From an uncultured Holophagales bacterium (lineage in GTDB: Bacteria > Acidobacteriota > Thermoanaerobaculia > Multivoradales > UBA5704), in NCBI GenBank assembly GCA_963842525.1, contig CAWJGT010000003.1:96001-160000 (forward strand): a DNA stretch of 64,000 nucleotides, read 5' to 3'. The translations under genes were made by a program, and so were the position numbers. Under the pieces are notes generated by a model that saw only the letters and a program-made list of their open reading frames with translations, had not been told where the DNA came from and ran no database searches. Below, in pieces: positions 12,079-21,184 of the stretch; within the stretch, counting starts at the first letter, position 1; each line of letters begins with the position of its first letter.

Positions 12079-12470
12079 GCCGCGCAGTCCTCGATACATC
12101 CGTGGTCATCGCCCAGACCGAGGAGGACCTGGAGGAGGCGCTTCCCCGGGAAATGGCCATTTCGACCGCCACCTTGGCGGAGCTGCACTATGGTGTTCTC
12201 GTCGCCAAGGATGCAGAGACCCGGCGGGTGCGGCTCCGCCGCTTGGGGCTCATCGAGGCGATTTTCGACCCGCTGCCGTTGGATGCCCAGGTGGGGCGTG
12301 CCTTCGCGACGGTGGCGCACGTGGTGAAAGCCGCGGGCGGCCAGCCCCGTGCACGTGTCATGGATCTCTGGATCGCCGCCACGGCTCTTGCCTACAAGCT
12401 CCCTCTCTATACGCGGAATTTCGACGACTTCAAGCTTCTCCAGCGGATCATCGAGGTCCGGTCGATCTGA
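12066..12470 (+). CDS. vapC: VapC-family PIN toxin
   Basis: VLDTSV, T.AEL..G, D.WIAATA, LYTRN..DF. Confidence 0.9.
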   Translation: MGTLSRAVLDTSVVIAQTEEDLEEALPREMAISTATLAELHYGVLVAKDAETRRVRLRRLGLIEAIFDPLPLDAQVGRAFATVAHVVKAAGGQPRARVMDLWIAATALAYKLPLYTRNFDDFKLLQRIIEVRSI

Positions 12471-12757
12471 GCTTTTCGCGCTGGGCTCTTATAGAAGGAA
12501 AGAGTCAGCTCCTGTAAATCGGGCCCACTCGTGCGAGCCAAAGCCCTTTTGGCTGCGGCCTGAAGAGCCCGAAGAGCAAATCTCGCTCACTTCCGCGAGC
12601 AAAAAACCTTTTCCCTCGGGCTTTGACCCTCTTGGGCTGTCAGAAGCCTTTGCCCGTCGGCAGAGGGGCTTTCCTCCCGGCGAAAGACTTGTAGATCGGA
12701 CCTGGAGTTGCCCCGGTTTCGTGGACACTTTATCCTTTGGGATAATAGGAGTGTCCG

Positions 12758-13078
12758 ATGCCCAGAACCCGTCCCCCGTACAGTCCTGAGTTCCGGCAAC
12801 AGATGGTGGAGTTGGTGCGAGCAGGTCGCACCCCGGAGGAGCTGTCGCGAGAGTTTGAGCCATCGGCTCAGGCGATCCGCAACTGGGTCCAGCAGAGCGG
12901 CGGGAACGTCGAGAGTCGTCGCGAGGCCGGCGGCCTGACGAGCGCAGAGAACGAGGAGCTGCGCCGTCTGAGGCGGGAGAACCGTCAACTGCGTGAAGAG
13001 CGGGAGATTCTGGCAAAAGCCGCGGCCTGGTTCGCTCGGGAGACCGGATCGATTCCGTCGAGGTGTTCAGATTCGTGA
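12758..13078 (+). CDS. IS3 transposase OrfA (HTH plus leucine zipper)
   Basis: YSPEFR..LSREF..S..IRNWV..EL.RLRREN..LR.EREIL.KAA; AAAAG -1 slip site at 13015-13019. Confidence 0.92.
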   Translation: MPRTRPPYSPEFRQQMVELVRAGRTPEELSREFEPSAQAIRNWVQQSGGNVESRREAGGLTSAENEELRRLRRENRQLREEREILAKAAAWFARETGSIPSRCSDS

Positions 13079-13920
13079 GCGCCAACCAGGCGAAGTACCC
13101 GGTGCGCCGGCTGTGCCGTCTGCTGGGAGTCTCCCCCAGCGGGTACTACGCGTGGTCGCGTCGATCGATCTCGCAGCATGCACGGTCCGACGCGGAGCTT
13201 GTGGCGCGGATCAGAGCCATCCACGAGCGTTCGCGGGGGACGTACGGGTCGCCGCGGATCCACGCAGAGCTGCGCGCTTGCGGTGTGCTGGTGAGCCGCA
13301 AGCGGGTGGCTCGGCTGATGCGCGAGGCGGGGTTGCGGGGAGCCAGTCGTCGTCGCCCGATCACCACGACGGTGCGGGATGCGAAGAGCCGTCCGGCCCC
13401 GGACCTGGTGAAGAGGGACTTCGCGGCCGGCGGTCGCGATCGGCTCTGGGTGGCCGACATCACCTACATTCCGACCGGGTCGGGGTTCCTGTACCTGGCG
13501 GTGGTGGTGGATGCCTGGAGCCGTCGTGTGGTGGGCTGGTCGATGGCCACGCATCTGCGGACAGAACTGGTTTTGGAGGCGCTGAACATGGCCTTGGGGC
13601 AACGCCGGCCGCAGGGAGTGATCCATCACTCCGACCAGGGGAGCCAGTACACCTCCATCGCCTTCGGCCAGCGCTGCCGTGAGGCCGGCGTGCGGCCGTC
13701 AATGGGGTCCGTGGGTGACTGTTTCGACAACGCGCTGTGTGAGAGCTTTTTCGCCACCCTGGAGTGCGAGCTCTTGGAGCGCCGTCGGTTCGGCACGCAG
13801 GTGGAGGCCCGCCTGGCCGTCTTCGAGTTCCTCGAGGGCTGGTACAACCCGCATCGTCGTCATTCGGGCCTGGGCTACCTGAGCCCAGTGGAGTTCGAAC
13901 GACGCGGGGAGGCGGCGTAA
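13063..13920 (+). CDS. IS3 transposase OrfB (DDE integrase core), in the -1 frame relative to OrfA
   Basis: YGSPRI, WVADITY, HHSDQGSQY, DNA..ESFF..LE.E, YN..RRHS.LGY.SP. Confidence 0.95.
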   Translation: MFRFVSANQAKYPVRRLCRLLGVSPSGYYAWSRRSISQHARSDAELVARIRAIHERSRGTYGSPRIHAELRACGVLVSRKRVARLMREAGLRGASRRRPITTTVRDAKSRPAPDLVKRDFAAGGRDRLWVADITYIPTGSGFLYLAVVVDAWSRRVVGWSMATHLRTELVLEALNMALGQRRPQGVIHHSDQGSQYTSIAFGQRCREAGVRPSMGSVGDCFDNALCESFFATLECELLERRRFGTQVEARLAVFEFLEGWYNPHRRHSGLGYLSPVEFERRGEAA

Positions 13921-14199
13921 CGTGACGCCAAACCGCGGCCCGCTACGCGTTTCCGTAGGACCTTGGTGCTGGGGGGCTCTGCCCCCCAGGCCCCCCGAAG
14001 AACGAGTTGAGAACCCAAGCCCTAAACCGTCCACCAAACCGGGGCAGGTCCAACCAGAGGCTCTCAGGCGCGAGCCATTAGGCTTTTGCAGCAGGGTCAA
14101 GGGCTCTTCCGGCTGTCATTGACCTTTTCCCCGGTCCAAAGACTCAATGCTGGGAGCAAAAGATCTTTAGGCAAGGCCATCTGGTGGCAACTCGGGAAG

Positions 14200-14427
14200 T
14201 CAACGCTTTAGCGGCTTCCTATATGCCGCCGAGCGGCCGGAGAGGGGCGGGGGCGTGCCGGACAGGTGTATTTGGGCTCGCGCCTTGGCGAGACGCATGA
14301 TGTGCTCGAGCTGCAGGTAGTGCTCGAGCTCAGAACGCTCCTCGGCGGAGAGGCTTCCTGCCTTCTCCCGGGCGACAAGGTTGGCTACGCGGGCCTTGGC
14401 TTCCTCGGAGGCCCGGTGAATCTCCAT
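14200..14427 (-). CDS. Small helical protein resembling the antitoxin-like partners of HNH nucleases
   Basis: ARV..L..REK.G.LS.EE..EL..Y..LEH..RLAKA; TAGAGT -10 lies 7 nt before the ATG. Confidence 0.55.
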   Translation of the reverse strand: MEIHRASEEAKARVANLVAREKAGSLSAEERSELEHYLQLEHIMRLAKARAQIHLSGTPPPLSGRSAAYRKPLKR

Positions 14428-14475
14428 GGCTCGCACTCTACACCAGACGCGGCCCTGCGACCTCGCCGGCGCGCC

Positions 14476-14784
14476 TTACCGGCTGTGCTTGTAGACCAGC
14501 TCGATGAGCTCGTCGTACATGGATTCGGCGTCGGTGCCGCCGGACCGGATGGCCTGGGTGGCGCAGTGCTTCAGGTGGTTGCGCATCAGCTCGCGGCCGA
14601 CGGCGCGGAGCGCTTCCTGGACCGAGGAGATCTGGGTCAGGATGTCGGCGCAGTAGCGCTCCTCCTCGACCATCTTCTGCAGCCCCCGGACCTGCCCTTC
14701 GATCCGGCGCAGGCGCTTCAGGTTGCTCGCCTTGAGGCCGGTATCGACGCCGGCCGCCTTGCGCTCGTGCATCGGCTCGCTCAT
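14476..14784 (-). CDS. csoR: CsoR/RcnR-family copper-sensing repressor
   Basis: RLRRIEGQVRGLQKM.EE.RYC.DIL.Q...H..HC, with Cys/His ligands. Confidence 0.92.
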   Translation of the reverse strand: MSEPMHERKAAGVDTGLKASNLKRLRRIEGQVRGLQKMVEEERYCADILTQISSVQEALRAVGRELMRNHLKHCATQAIRSGGTDAESMYDELIELVYKHSR

Positions 14785-14801
14785 GACGGTCTCCTCACGG
14801 G

Positions 14802-17183
14802 TCACGCCAGCCGCGCGCGGCGGAGACGGAGGCTGTTGGCGACGACGCTCACCGAGCTGAATGCCATCGCGGCGCTCGCCAGGATCGGCGACAGCAGGAG
14901 GCGGAGCACAGGATAGAGCACGCCGGCCGCCACCGGAATGCCGATGACGTTGTAGACGAAGGCCCAGAAGAGATTCTGCTTCATGATCCGCATCGTCCGC
15001 CGGGAGAGAGCGATCGCCGTGGCCACGCCACGCAGGTCGCCTCGCATCACCGTCACGTCGCCGGCCTCGACGGCGATGTCGGTGCCGGTGCCCATGGCGA
15101 TGCCGACGTCCGCCTGGGCGAGCGCCGGGGCGTCATTAATCCCGTCGCCCACCATGGCGACCACCGCACCTTCCTGCTGGAGCCGCCGGATTTCTTCCAC
15201 TTTGCCCTCGGGGAGGACGCCCGCCACGACCCGCTCGATCCCCACCTGCCGGGCCACCGCCTCGGCCGTGCGCCGGTTGTCGCCCGTGAGCATCACGACC
15301 TGGAGGCCCATACGCCGCAGGTTGTCGACGGCCTCGCGCGCAGTCGCCTTGATGGGATCGGCCACGGCCAGGAGACCGGCCAGCGCGCCGTCGATCGCCA
15401 CGTAGATCGCCGTCTTCCCGTCGCCGGCCAGGCGCTCGGCCTCGGCCCGGAGCGGGTCGACCTTGATGGCGTAATCCGCCAGCAGCGCCTCGTTGCCCAC
15501 GGCGAGTGCATGGCCGTCCACGACGCCGACGGCGCCGCGGCCGGTCATCGACTGGAAGCCGTCGGTGGAGCTCAGGGCCAGGGACTTCTCGCGGGCGTGG
15601 CGCACGATGGCGTCGGCCAGCGGGTGCTCGGACGACGCCTCCAGCGAAGCGACCAGGCGGAGCATCTCGTCAACCGGCAGCTCGGCCCCCGGGGGCGTCA
15701 CGACGTCGGTCACCGCCGGCTGCCCCTCGGTGATCGTGCCGGTTTTGTCGAGGACCACATGGGTGACCTCGCCGGCACGCTGGAGGACCTCGCCTCCCTT
15801 GAACAGGATGCCGGCCTCGGCCCCTTTGCCGGTCGCCACCAGGACGGCGGTCGGCACGGCGAGGCCCATGGCGCAGGGGCAGGCGATGATGAGGACGGCG
15901 ACCGAAGCCGCGAAGGCGCGCACCGCAGCCGGCGGGCCGTCCCCGGCCACGAACCAGACCACGAAGGTGGCGATGGCGATCGAGAGCACGACCGGCACGA
16001 AAACGGCGCTGATGCGATCGGCCAGCCGCTGGATCGGGGCCCGCGAGCCCTGGGCGTCGCGCAGGAGCTGGACGATCCGCGCCAGCACGCTGTCGGCTCC
16101 GATGGTGGTCGCCCTGTAGCGGAAGGCGCCGGTCTTATTGATGGTGGCGCCGATCACCCGGTCCCCAGGCCCTTTCGCGACCGGCATGGACTCGCCGGTC
16201 AGCATGGACTCGTCGACCGCACTCGTGCCGGAGAGGATGTCTCCATCGACCGGGACGCGCTCGCCGGGGCGGACCACCACGATGTCGCCGCGATGGACCT
16301 CCTCGACCGGGACGTCAACCTCCTGGCCGTCGCGGAGCACCCGCGCGGTCTTCGGCTGCAGCGAGACGAGCGACCGCAGGGCCGCCGAGGTACGGCTCTT
16401 GGCCCGCGCCTCCAGTGCGTTACCGGTCAGGATCAGGGCGATGATGATGACCACCGCCTCGTAGTAGACGTCCGGCGCCAGGCCGTTGCGCAGGAAGAAG
16501 CCGGGGGCGACGGTGGCGACCACGGAGTAGAGGAAGGCCGCGCCTGTGCCGACGGCGATCAGGGTGTTCATGTCCGCGGCGTGGTGGCGGAAGCTCGTCC
16601 AGGCCCGGGCGTAGAAGTGCCGCCCGGCCCAGCCCATGACCCACAGGGTGAGGGCCAGCAGCGTATAGGAGAGGACGCCAGGGTCGATCCGGTAGAGCCA
16701 GGGGAAGATGCGCTCCAGGGCCGGGCTCATCGACTCCATGGCCCAGCGCATGAACGGATCGGCGACCGTGCCGTGGGCTGCATGCGCTCCTGCCACCATC
16801 AGAGGCATCGAGAGGAGCATGGCGCCGGCGCCGGCCGCGCCGCTCACCACGGCTTTGCGCCGCAGCGCGCGGTACTCCTCGTCCTGGGCGCGGTCCCGCG
16901 CCTCCTGCTCCTCGAAGGCGGTGCGCTCCGGCCGCGGCATCTCAGCGCCGTAGCCGGTCTCGCGGATCGCCTCCACCAGAGCCTCGGGTGTCGTGGCCGC
17001 CGGGTCGTAGGTGACCGCGGCGTTCCCCGTCATCAGGTTGACCGCCGCCTCCTGGACGCCGGGCGTGCGCTCCAGGGTCTTCTGGATGGTCCCCTGGCAG
17101 CCGGCGCAGGTCATGCCGCTGACCGGGATCGTGACCCGGGCCCCGGCCCTGGGCTTCTGCTCGTGCAGCGTTGCCGTTGCCAT
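14802..17183 (-). CDS. copA: Cu(I)-exporting P1B-type ATPase
   Basis: [41 protein letters not shown]. Confidence 0.96.
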   Translation of the reverse strand: MATATLHEQKPRAGARVTIPVSGMTCAGCQGTIQKTLERTPGVQEAAVNLMTGNAAVTYDPAATTPEALVEAIRETGYGAEMPRPERTAFEEQEARDRAQDEEYRALRRKAVVSGAAGAGAMLLSMPLMVAGAHAAHGTVADPFMRWAMESMSPALERIFPWLYRIDPGVLSYTLLALTLWVMGWAGRHFYARAWTSFRHHAADMNTLIAVGTGAAFLYSVVATVAPGFFLRNGLAPDVYYEAVVIIIALILTGNALEARAKSRTSAALRSLVSLQPKTARVLRDGQEVDVPVEEVHRGDIVVVRPGERVPVDGDILSGTSAVDESMLTGESMPVAKGPGDRVIGATINKTGAFRYRATTIGADSVLARIVQLLRDAQGSRAPIQRLADRISAVFVPVVLSIAIATFVVWFVAGDGPPAAVRAFAASVAVLIIACPCAMGLAVPTAVLVATGKGAEAGILFKGGEVLQRAGEVTHVVLDKTGTITEGQPAVTDVVTPPGAELPVDEMLRLVASLEASSEHPLADAIVRHAREKSLALSSTDGFQSMTGRGAVGVVDGHALAVGNEALLADYAIKVDPLRAEAERLAGDGKTAIYVAIDGALAGLLAVADPIKATAREAVDNLRRMGLQVVMLTGDNRRTAEAVARQVGIERVVAGVLPEGKVEEIRRLQQEGAVVAMVGDGINDAPALAQADVGIAMGTGTDIAVEAGDVTVMRGDLRGVATAIALSRRTMRIMKQNLFWAFVYNVIGIPVAAGVLYPVLRLLLSPILASAAMAFSSVSVVANSLRLRRARLA

Positions 17184-17193
17184 GACGTCTCCC

Positions 17194-17574
17194 TCAATCT
17201 TCGACGATGAGCCGGCCGCGCAGCATGCTCATCCCGCAGGTGAAATCGAAGCTCCCCGACCGGTCCGGTGTCAGATCGACGGCCGTCTTCTGGAAGGCGG
17301 GGAGGAACTTGCGGATGCCGAAGTCGGGCAGGACGACCTCCTCGGAGCAGCCCGAGGTCTCCTGCCGGTCGAAGACCAGGCGGACCGGCAGGCCCCGCTT
17401 CACCCGCACCTCGGCCGGCTCGTAGCCACCCTGGACGGTGATGGCCACCTCCTGCCGCCCCTCGGCGCCGGCCACGGCGGACGCGCTTCCGCGCCTGGCC
17501 AGGAAGAAATACCAGTTGACCCAGGCGATGGCCGCCATGCCGGCAGCGACGATCAACCAGTCTGTTGTGCTCAT
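17194..17574 (-). CDS. Membrane-anchored cupredoxin-domain protein (CupA-like)
   Basis: N-terminal TM; GGY.P, SGCS..V, F.CGM.M.RG. Confidence 0.88.
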   Translation of the reverse strand: MSTTDWLIVAAGMAAIAWVNWYFFLARRGSASAVAGAEGRQEVAITVQGGYEPAEVRVKRGLPVRLVFDRQETSGCSEEVVLPDFGIRKFLPAFQKTAVDLTPDRSGSFDFTCGMSMLRGRLIVED

Positions 17575-17599
17575 ACGACCCCCCTCATCGCGCAGAACC

Positions 17600-17629
17600 A
17601 GCATACCCCCCTCCCCTATTCCTGAGCAA
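17600..17629 (-). promoter_or_regulatory. Copper operon promoter with a CsoR-type G-tract operator
   Basis: On the minus strand, TTGCTC-18 bp-TATGCT encloses ATAGGGGAGGGGGGTAT. Confidence 0.7.
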
Positions 17630-17676
17630 GGTTGCGAGTCTGGGAGGGGGATGAAGAGGGGACCGGAGGTGAGGCC

Positions 17677-18651
17677 CTACCGCGCCAGCACCCGCGCCAG
17701 CTCGAAGAGGCTGGTGTCGAGCGGCTTCCGGGTCGACACGACCTCGGCGAGCGGAGTGGTCGCGATCGCGCCCCGAAGCTGACCGACCAGAATCCCGTGC
17801 TCCCCGCGGGCGAGGCATTGCGTCGCCGCGGCGCCCAGCCGCGTGGCGAGCAGCCGGTCGTAGGCACCGGGGTTGCCGCCGCGCTGGACGTGGCCGAGGA
17901 TGGTGGCCCGGAGCTGGTCGAAGCCGAGCCGCTCGCGATGTTCCTTGAAGTGCTCGATCAGCCGCGCTGCGTTGTATTTCGACCCTTCGGCGACGACCAC
18001 CACGGCGTGCGCCTTGCCGCGCTCATAGGCCAGGCGCAGCTCGGCTGCCAGAGCGTCGGGGTCGGTCTCGATCTCCGGGATCACCACCGCTTCGGCGCCG
18101 CCGGCGATCGCCGCCATCAGGGCCAGGTAGCCGCAGTCACGTCCCATGACTTCGACCAGGAAGGCCCGCTGGTGCGACGAGGCCGTCACCTTCAGGCGGT
18201 CGATCGACTCCAGGGCGATGTTCAAGGCGGTATCGACCCCGATCGTCACCTCCGAGCCGTAGAGGTCGTTGTCGATCGTCGAGGCGACCCCCACGACCGG
18301 GAAGCCCCGCTGCGCGAGAGCATGGGCGCCGCACTGCGAGCCGTTGCCGCCGATCACCACCAGGCCGTCGACGCCGGCCCGGACCAGCTCGCGCACCGCC
18401 TTGGACTGCCCCTCCTCGTCGCGGAATTCGTGACAGCGGGCGCTGCCCAGACAGGTGCCACCGAGCTGCAGGATGCCGCCGACGTCGCGGGCCCGCATCT
18501 CCTGGAAGTCGCCGATGAGCAGCCCGGCGAAGCCGCGCCGCACGCCCAGCATCTCCCAGCCCTCGCCGAGGCCGGTGCGCACCACCGCCCGGATGGCGGC
18601 GTTCATGCCGGGGGCGTCTCCCCCGCTGGTCAGCACGGCGATCCTCTTCAT
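17677..18651 (-). CDS. pfkA: ATP-dependent 6-phosphofructokinase
   Basis: LTSGGDAPGMNAA, TIDND, VEVMGR, LGHVQRGG. Confidence 0.95.
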   Translation of the reverse strand: MKRIAVLTSGGDAPGMNAAIRAVVRTGLGEGWEMLGVRRGFAGLLIGDFQEMRARDVGGILQLGGTCLGSARCHEFRDEEGQSKAVRELVRAGVDGLVVIGGNGSQCGAHALAQRGFPVVGVASTIDNDLYGSEVTIGVDTALNIALESIDRLKVTASSHQRAFLVEVMGRDCGYLALMAAIAGGAEAVVIPEIETDPDALAAELRLAYERGKAHAVVVVAEGSKYNAARLIEHFKEHRERLGFDQLRATILGHVQRGGNPGAYDRLLATRLGAAATQCLARGEHGILVGQLRGAIATTPLAEVVSTRKPLDTSLFELARVLAR

Positions 18652-18756
18652 GCGCGCTCCTCGTGCGGACGAGACTCTATCGCAGGCGTGCTATAGTCCC
18701 GCTTTCTAGCCGAACAGTCGGGGAGCTCTCTCTGCGTTCGGGATCTCAGGCGGGTC

Positions 18757-19528
18757 GTGTCTCCGAGCCAGATCTTGATCGACGACGAACGTCGGGCGTT
18801 GCAGGAGTGCGAGGCGCGACTGCGCGAGGCGAGATCGGCGTTGGCGGCCCTCGCGGCCGGGACGGCCCATGAGGTGCGCAACCCCCTCTTCGGCATCTCG
18901 GCAACCCTCGACGCTCTTGAAGCCAACCTGACCGCCCCAGAAGAGATGCCCGAATACATCCGGGTCCTGCGCGAGCAGCTTCAGCGCCTGAGCGATCTGG
19001 CGAAGGACCTTTTCGATTACGGCAAGCCGCCGCGGCTCGACCTCCGGCCCGGCTCCCTCCAAACGGCCGCTGGATTGGCGGTCGAAGCCTGCGCCGCGCT
19101 GATCGGACAGCGCCGGGCCACGGTCGTCAACCTGATCCCGGAAGACCTCCCGCCCTTCCGCTTCGACCACGGCCGCATCGTGCAAGCACTGCGCAACCTG
19201 CTGGAGAACGCGGTCCTCCGTGCCCGCCCCGGCTCCGCGGTCGAGATCGACGCGGCGCCCAGCCGCCTGGAGGATTTGCCGGGCGTCGAGTGCGTGGTCA
19301 GCGACGCCGGCTCCGGCTTCAGCGTGGAAGACCTCCCCCGGATGTTCCAGCCGTTCTACTGCCGCCCGCGCGGCGCCACCGGGCTGGGCCTGTTCATCGT
19401 CCAGCGTATCGTGGACGAGCACGGTGGCCGGATCGTCGCCGCGAACCGTCCCGAAGGGGGGACCCGGATTTCTCTTTTCCTTCCCGTTCTTCCCGGATCA
19501 CCTCCGGGCGCGGAAGACGCGCTTCTAG
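18757..19528 (+). CDS. Cytoplasmic histidine kinase (HisKA plus HATPase) with no sensor domain; as given it reads in frame into the response regulator
   Basis: AHEVRNPL, NLLENA, D.GSG, GLGL..V.RIV.EHGG. A TAG at 19526-19528 becomes the stop if one G at 19506-19508 is spurious. Confidence 0.75.
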
Positions 19529-19551
19529 CGCCGTCAGGAAACCCGGGCGCG

Positions 19552-20901
19552 ATGGCCAGACACAAGATCCTCCTGGTCGACGACGAGGGAGGAGTGCGCT
19601 TCGGCATCCAGAAGTTCCTCGGCGCCAAGGGCTACGAGGTCCGGGAGGCGGACTCGTGCCAGGGGGCCGAGGAGCTCTTTCGCGATACGCGCCCCGACCT
19701 CGCCGTGATCGACTACCTGCTGCCGGACGGCACCGCCCTCGACCTGCTCCCCCGGCTGCGCCAGATCGATCCGGGGGTGCCCGTGCTGATCCTGACCGCC
19801 CACGGCTCGATCGACCTCGCCGTGCGCGCCATCAAAGAGGGCGCGGAGCAGTTCCTCACCAAGCCCGTCGAGCTGCCGGCCCTCCTGCTCGTCCTCGAGA
19901 AGCTGCTCGAGAACCAGCGCAACCGGCGCAAGCAGCTCGCCGGCACGAGCCAGCGCTCGCGGCAGGCCGTCGACCCCTTCCTGGGGAGCAGCGGCGCCAT
20001 TGGCCGGCTCTCCGAGCAGGCCGGCCGGCTGGCCCTGTCGGACAGCCCGGTCCTGATCGAGGGCGAGACCGGCACCGGCAAAGGGGTGCTCGCCCGCTGG
20101 CTCCACGAGCACGGCGCCCGTGCCGAGGAGGCGTTCGTCGACCTCAACTGCGCCGGCCTCTCCGAGGAGTTCCTGGAGACCGAGCTCTTCGGCCACGAAA
20201 GGGGGGCCTTCACCGGAGCGAGCGCCGCCAAGACCGGCCTCCTGGAGGTGGCGCACCGCGGCACCGTCTTCCTCGACGAGATCGGCGACATGAGCCTGGC
20301 GGTCCAGCCCAAGCTCCTCAAGGTCCTGGAGGACAAGAAGTTCCGCCGCCTCGGCGACATCCGCGACCGCTTCGTCGACATCCGCCTCCTGGCCGCCACC
20401 CACGAGACCCTGGCGTCCCAGGTGCGGGAGAAGCGCTTCCGCAGCGACCTCTACTTCCGCATCAGCACCCTGCCGCTGCGGGTGCCGTCTCTGCGCGAGC
20501 GCACGGAGGACATCCCTTTTCTGGCCCGCTACCTGCTCGGGCGCATGGCCGCCGACCTGGGGCGCGGCGAGGTCGAGCTTGCGCCGGCGGCCGAACGGGC
20601 CCTCCGGCAGTACGCCTGGCCCGGCAACATCCGCGAGCTGCGCAACGTACTGGAGAGAGCGCTCCTTCTGGGCGGACGGCAGGCGTTGGAGCCGCGCGAC
20701 CTCCTGTTCGACGCCGCGCCTTCCGGCTCCTGGCCGCAGGACACGCGCCTCACCCTCCGGGAGCTCGAAGCCAGCTACATCGAGCGCGTGCTGCAGGAGG
20801 AGCAGGGAAGGGTGACGGAGGCCGCACAACGCCTCGGCGTTCCCCGCAGCTCTCTCTACGAAAAGATCAAACGCTACGGCATCCCTGTGTCCAAGATCTA
20901 G
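19552..20901 (+). CDS. Sigma54-dependent response regulator (REC-AAA+-Fis HTH; NtrC/AtoC family)
   Basis: ILLVDDE, D.LLPD, GETGTGKG, GAFTGA, FLDEIG, WPGNIREL and a C-terminal HTH. Confidence 0.93.
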   Translation: MARHKILLVDDEGGVRFGIQKFLGAKGYEVREADSCQGAEELFRDTRPDLAVIDYLLPDGTALDLLPRLRQIDPGVPVLILTAHGSIDLAVRAIKEGAEQFLTKPVELPALLLVLEKLLENQRNRRKQLAGTSQRSRQAVDPFLGSSGAIGRLSEQAGRLALSDSPVLIEGETGTGKGVLARWLHEHGARAEEAFVDLNCAGLSEEFLETELFGHERGAFTGASAAKTGLLEVAHRGTVFLDEIGDMSLAVQPKLLKVLEDKKFRRLGDIRDRFVDIRLLAATHETLASQVREKRFRSDLYFRISTLPLRVPSLRERTEDIPFLARYLLGRMAADLGRGEVELAPAAERALRQYAWPGNIRELRNVLERALLLGGRQALEPRDLLFDAAPSGSWPQDTRLTLRELEASYIERVLQEEQGRVTEAAQRLGVPRSSLYEKIKRYGIPVSKI

Positions 20902-20926
20902 ACGAAATGTGTCCAGGATCTGGACA
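20888..20926. promoter_or_regulatory. Tandem enhancer (UAS) palindromes
   Basis: TGTCCAAGATCTAGACG (20888) and a perfect TGTCCAG-GAT-CTGGACA (20910), 22 bp apart and about 90-120 bp upstream of a -24/-12 promoter. Confidence 0.75.
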
Positions 20927-21010
20927 GCCTTTTGTCTGTTCGCCCTTGCTCCCGTGCTTCAAACTGCGGAGCCGATGGGGCTTGGGGGCCGGGAGCCCAC
21001 CGGCCTGGGG

Positions 21011-21027
21011 TTGGCACCGTCGTTGCT
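21011..21027 (+). promoter_or_regulatory. Sigma54 -24/-12 promoter
   Basis: TTGGCACCGTCGTTGCT with exact GG-N10-GC spacing. Confidence 0.85.
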
Positions 21028-21037
21028 CTATAGAGTG

Positions 21038-21101
21038 ACATTCCCTCCTGCGGTGCGCCGAGCATGGTGGTTAAAGCTGTGCTCAGCGCCCCACTTTTTT
21101 T
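21038..21101 (+). ncRNA. Candidate sigma54-dependent small RNA
   Basis: Starts at the predicted +1 with a 5' ACATTCCCTCCT, then a long hairpin GCGCCGAGCATGG/CTGTGCTCAGCGC and a T7 tract; no plausible ORF. Confidence 0.6.
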
Positions 21102-21184
21102 CTCCAGGCTTCTTCCTCTGCGGCAATCCGGCGCCGTGCTGCGGCTGCGGGGCTGAAGATCGACTTCGGCGTACACTTCATGCC

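Larger units (their letters stand above)
12703..14052 (+). mobile_element. IS3-family insertion sequence, apparently intact
   Basis: IRL TGGAGTTGCCCCGGTTTCGTGGAC; IRR (reverse complement) TGGACCTGCCCCGGTTTGGTGGAC; 3-bp target duplication ACC at 12700-12702 and 14053-14055. Confidence 0.95.

Noticed and set aside
20909-21184. N-terminal extension of RsgA from the ORF track
   Set aside because: It crosses the enhancer, sigma54 promoter and terminator; the family-typical start is ATG 21185.
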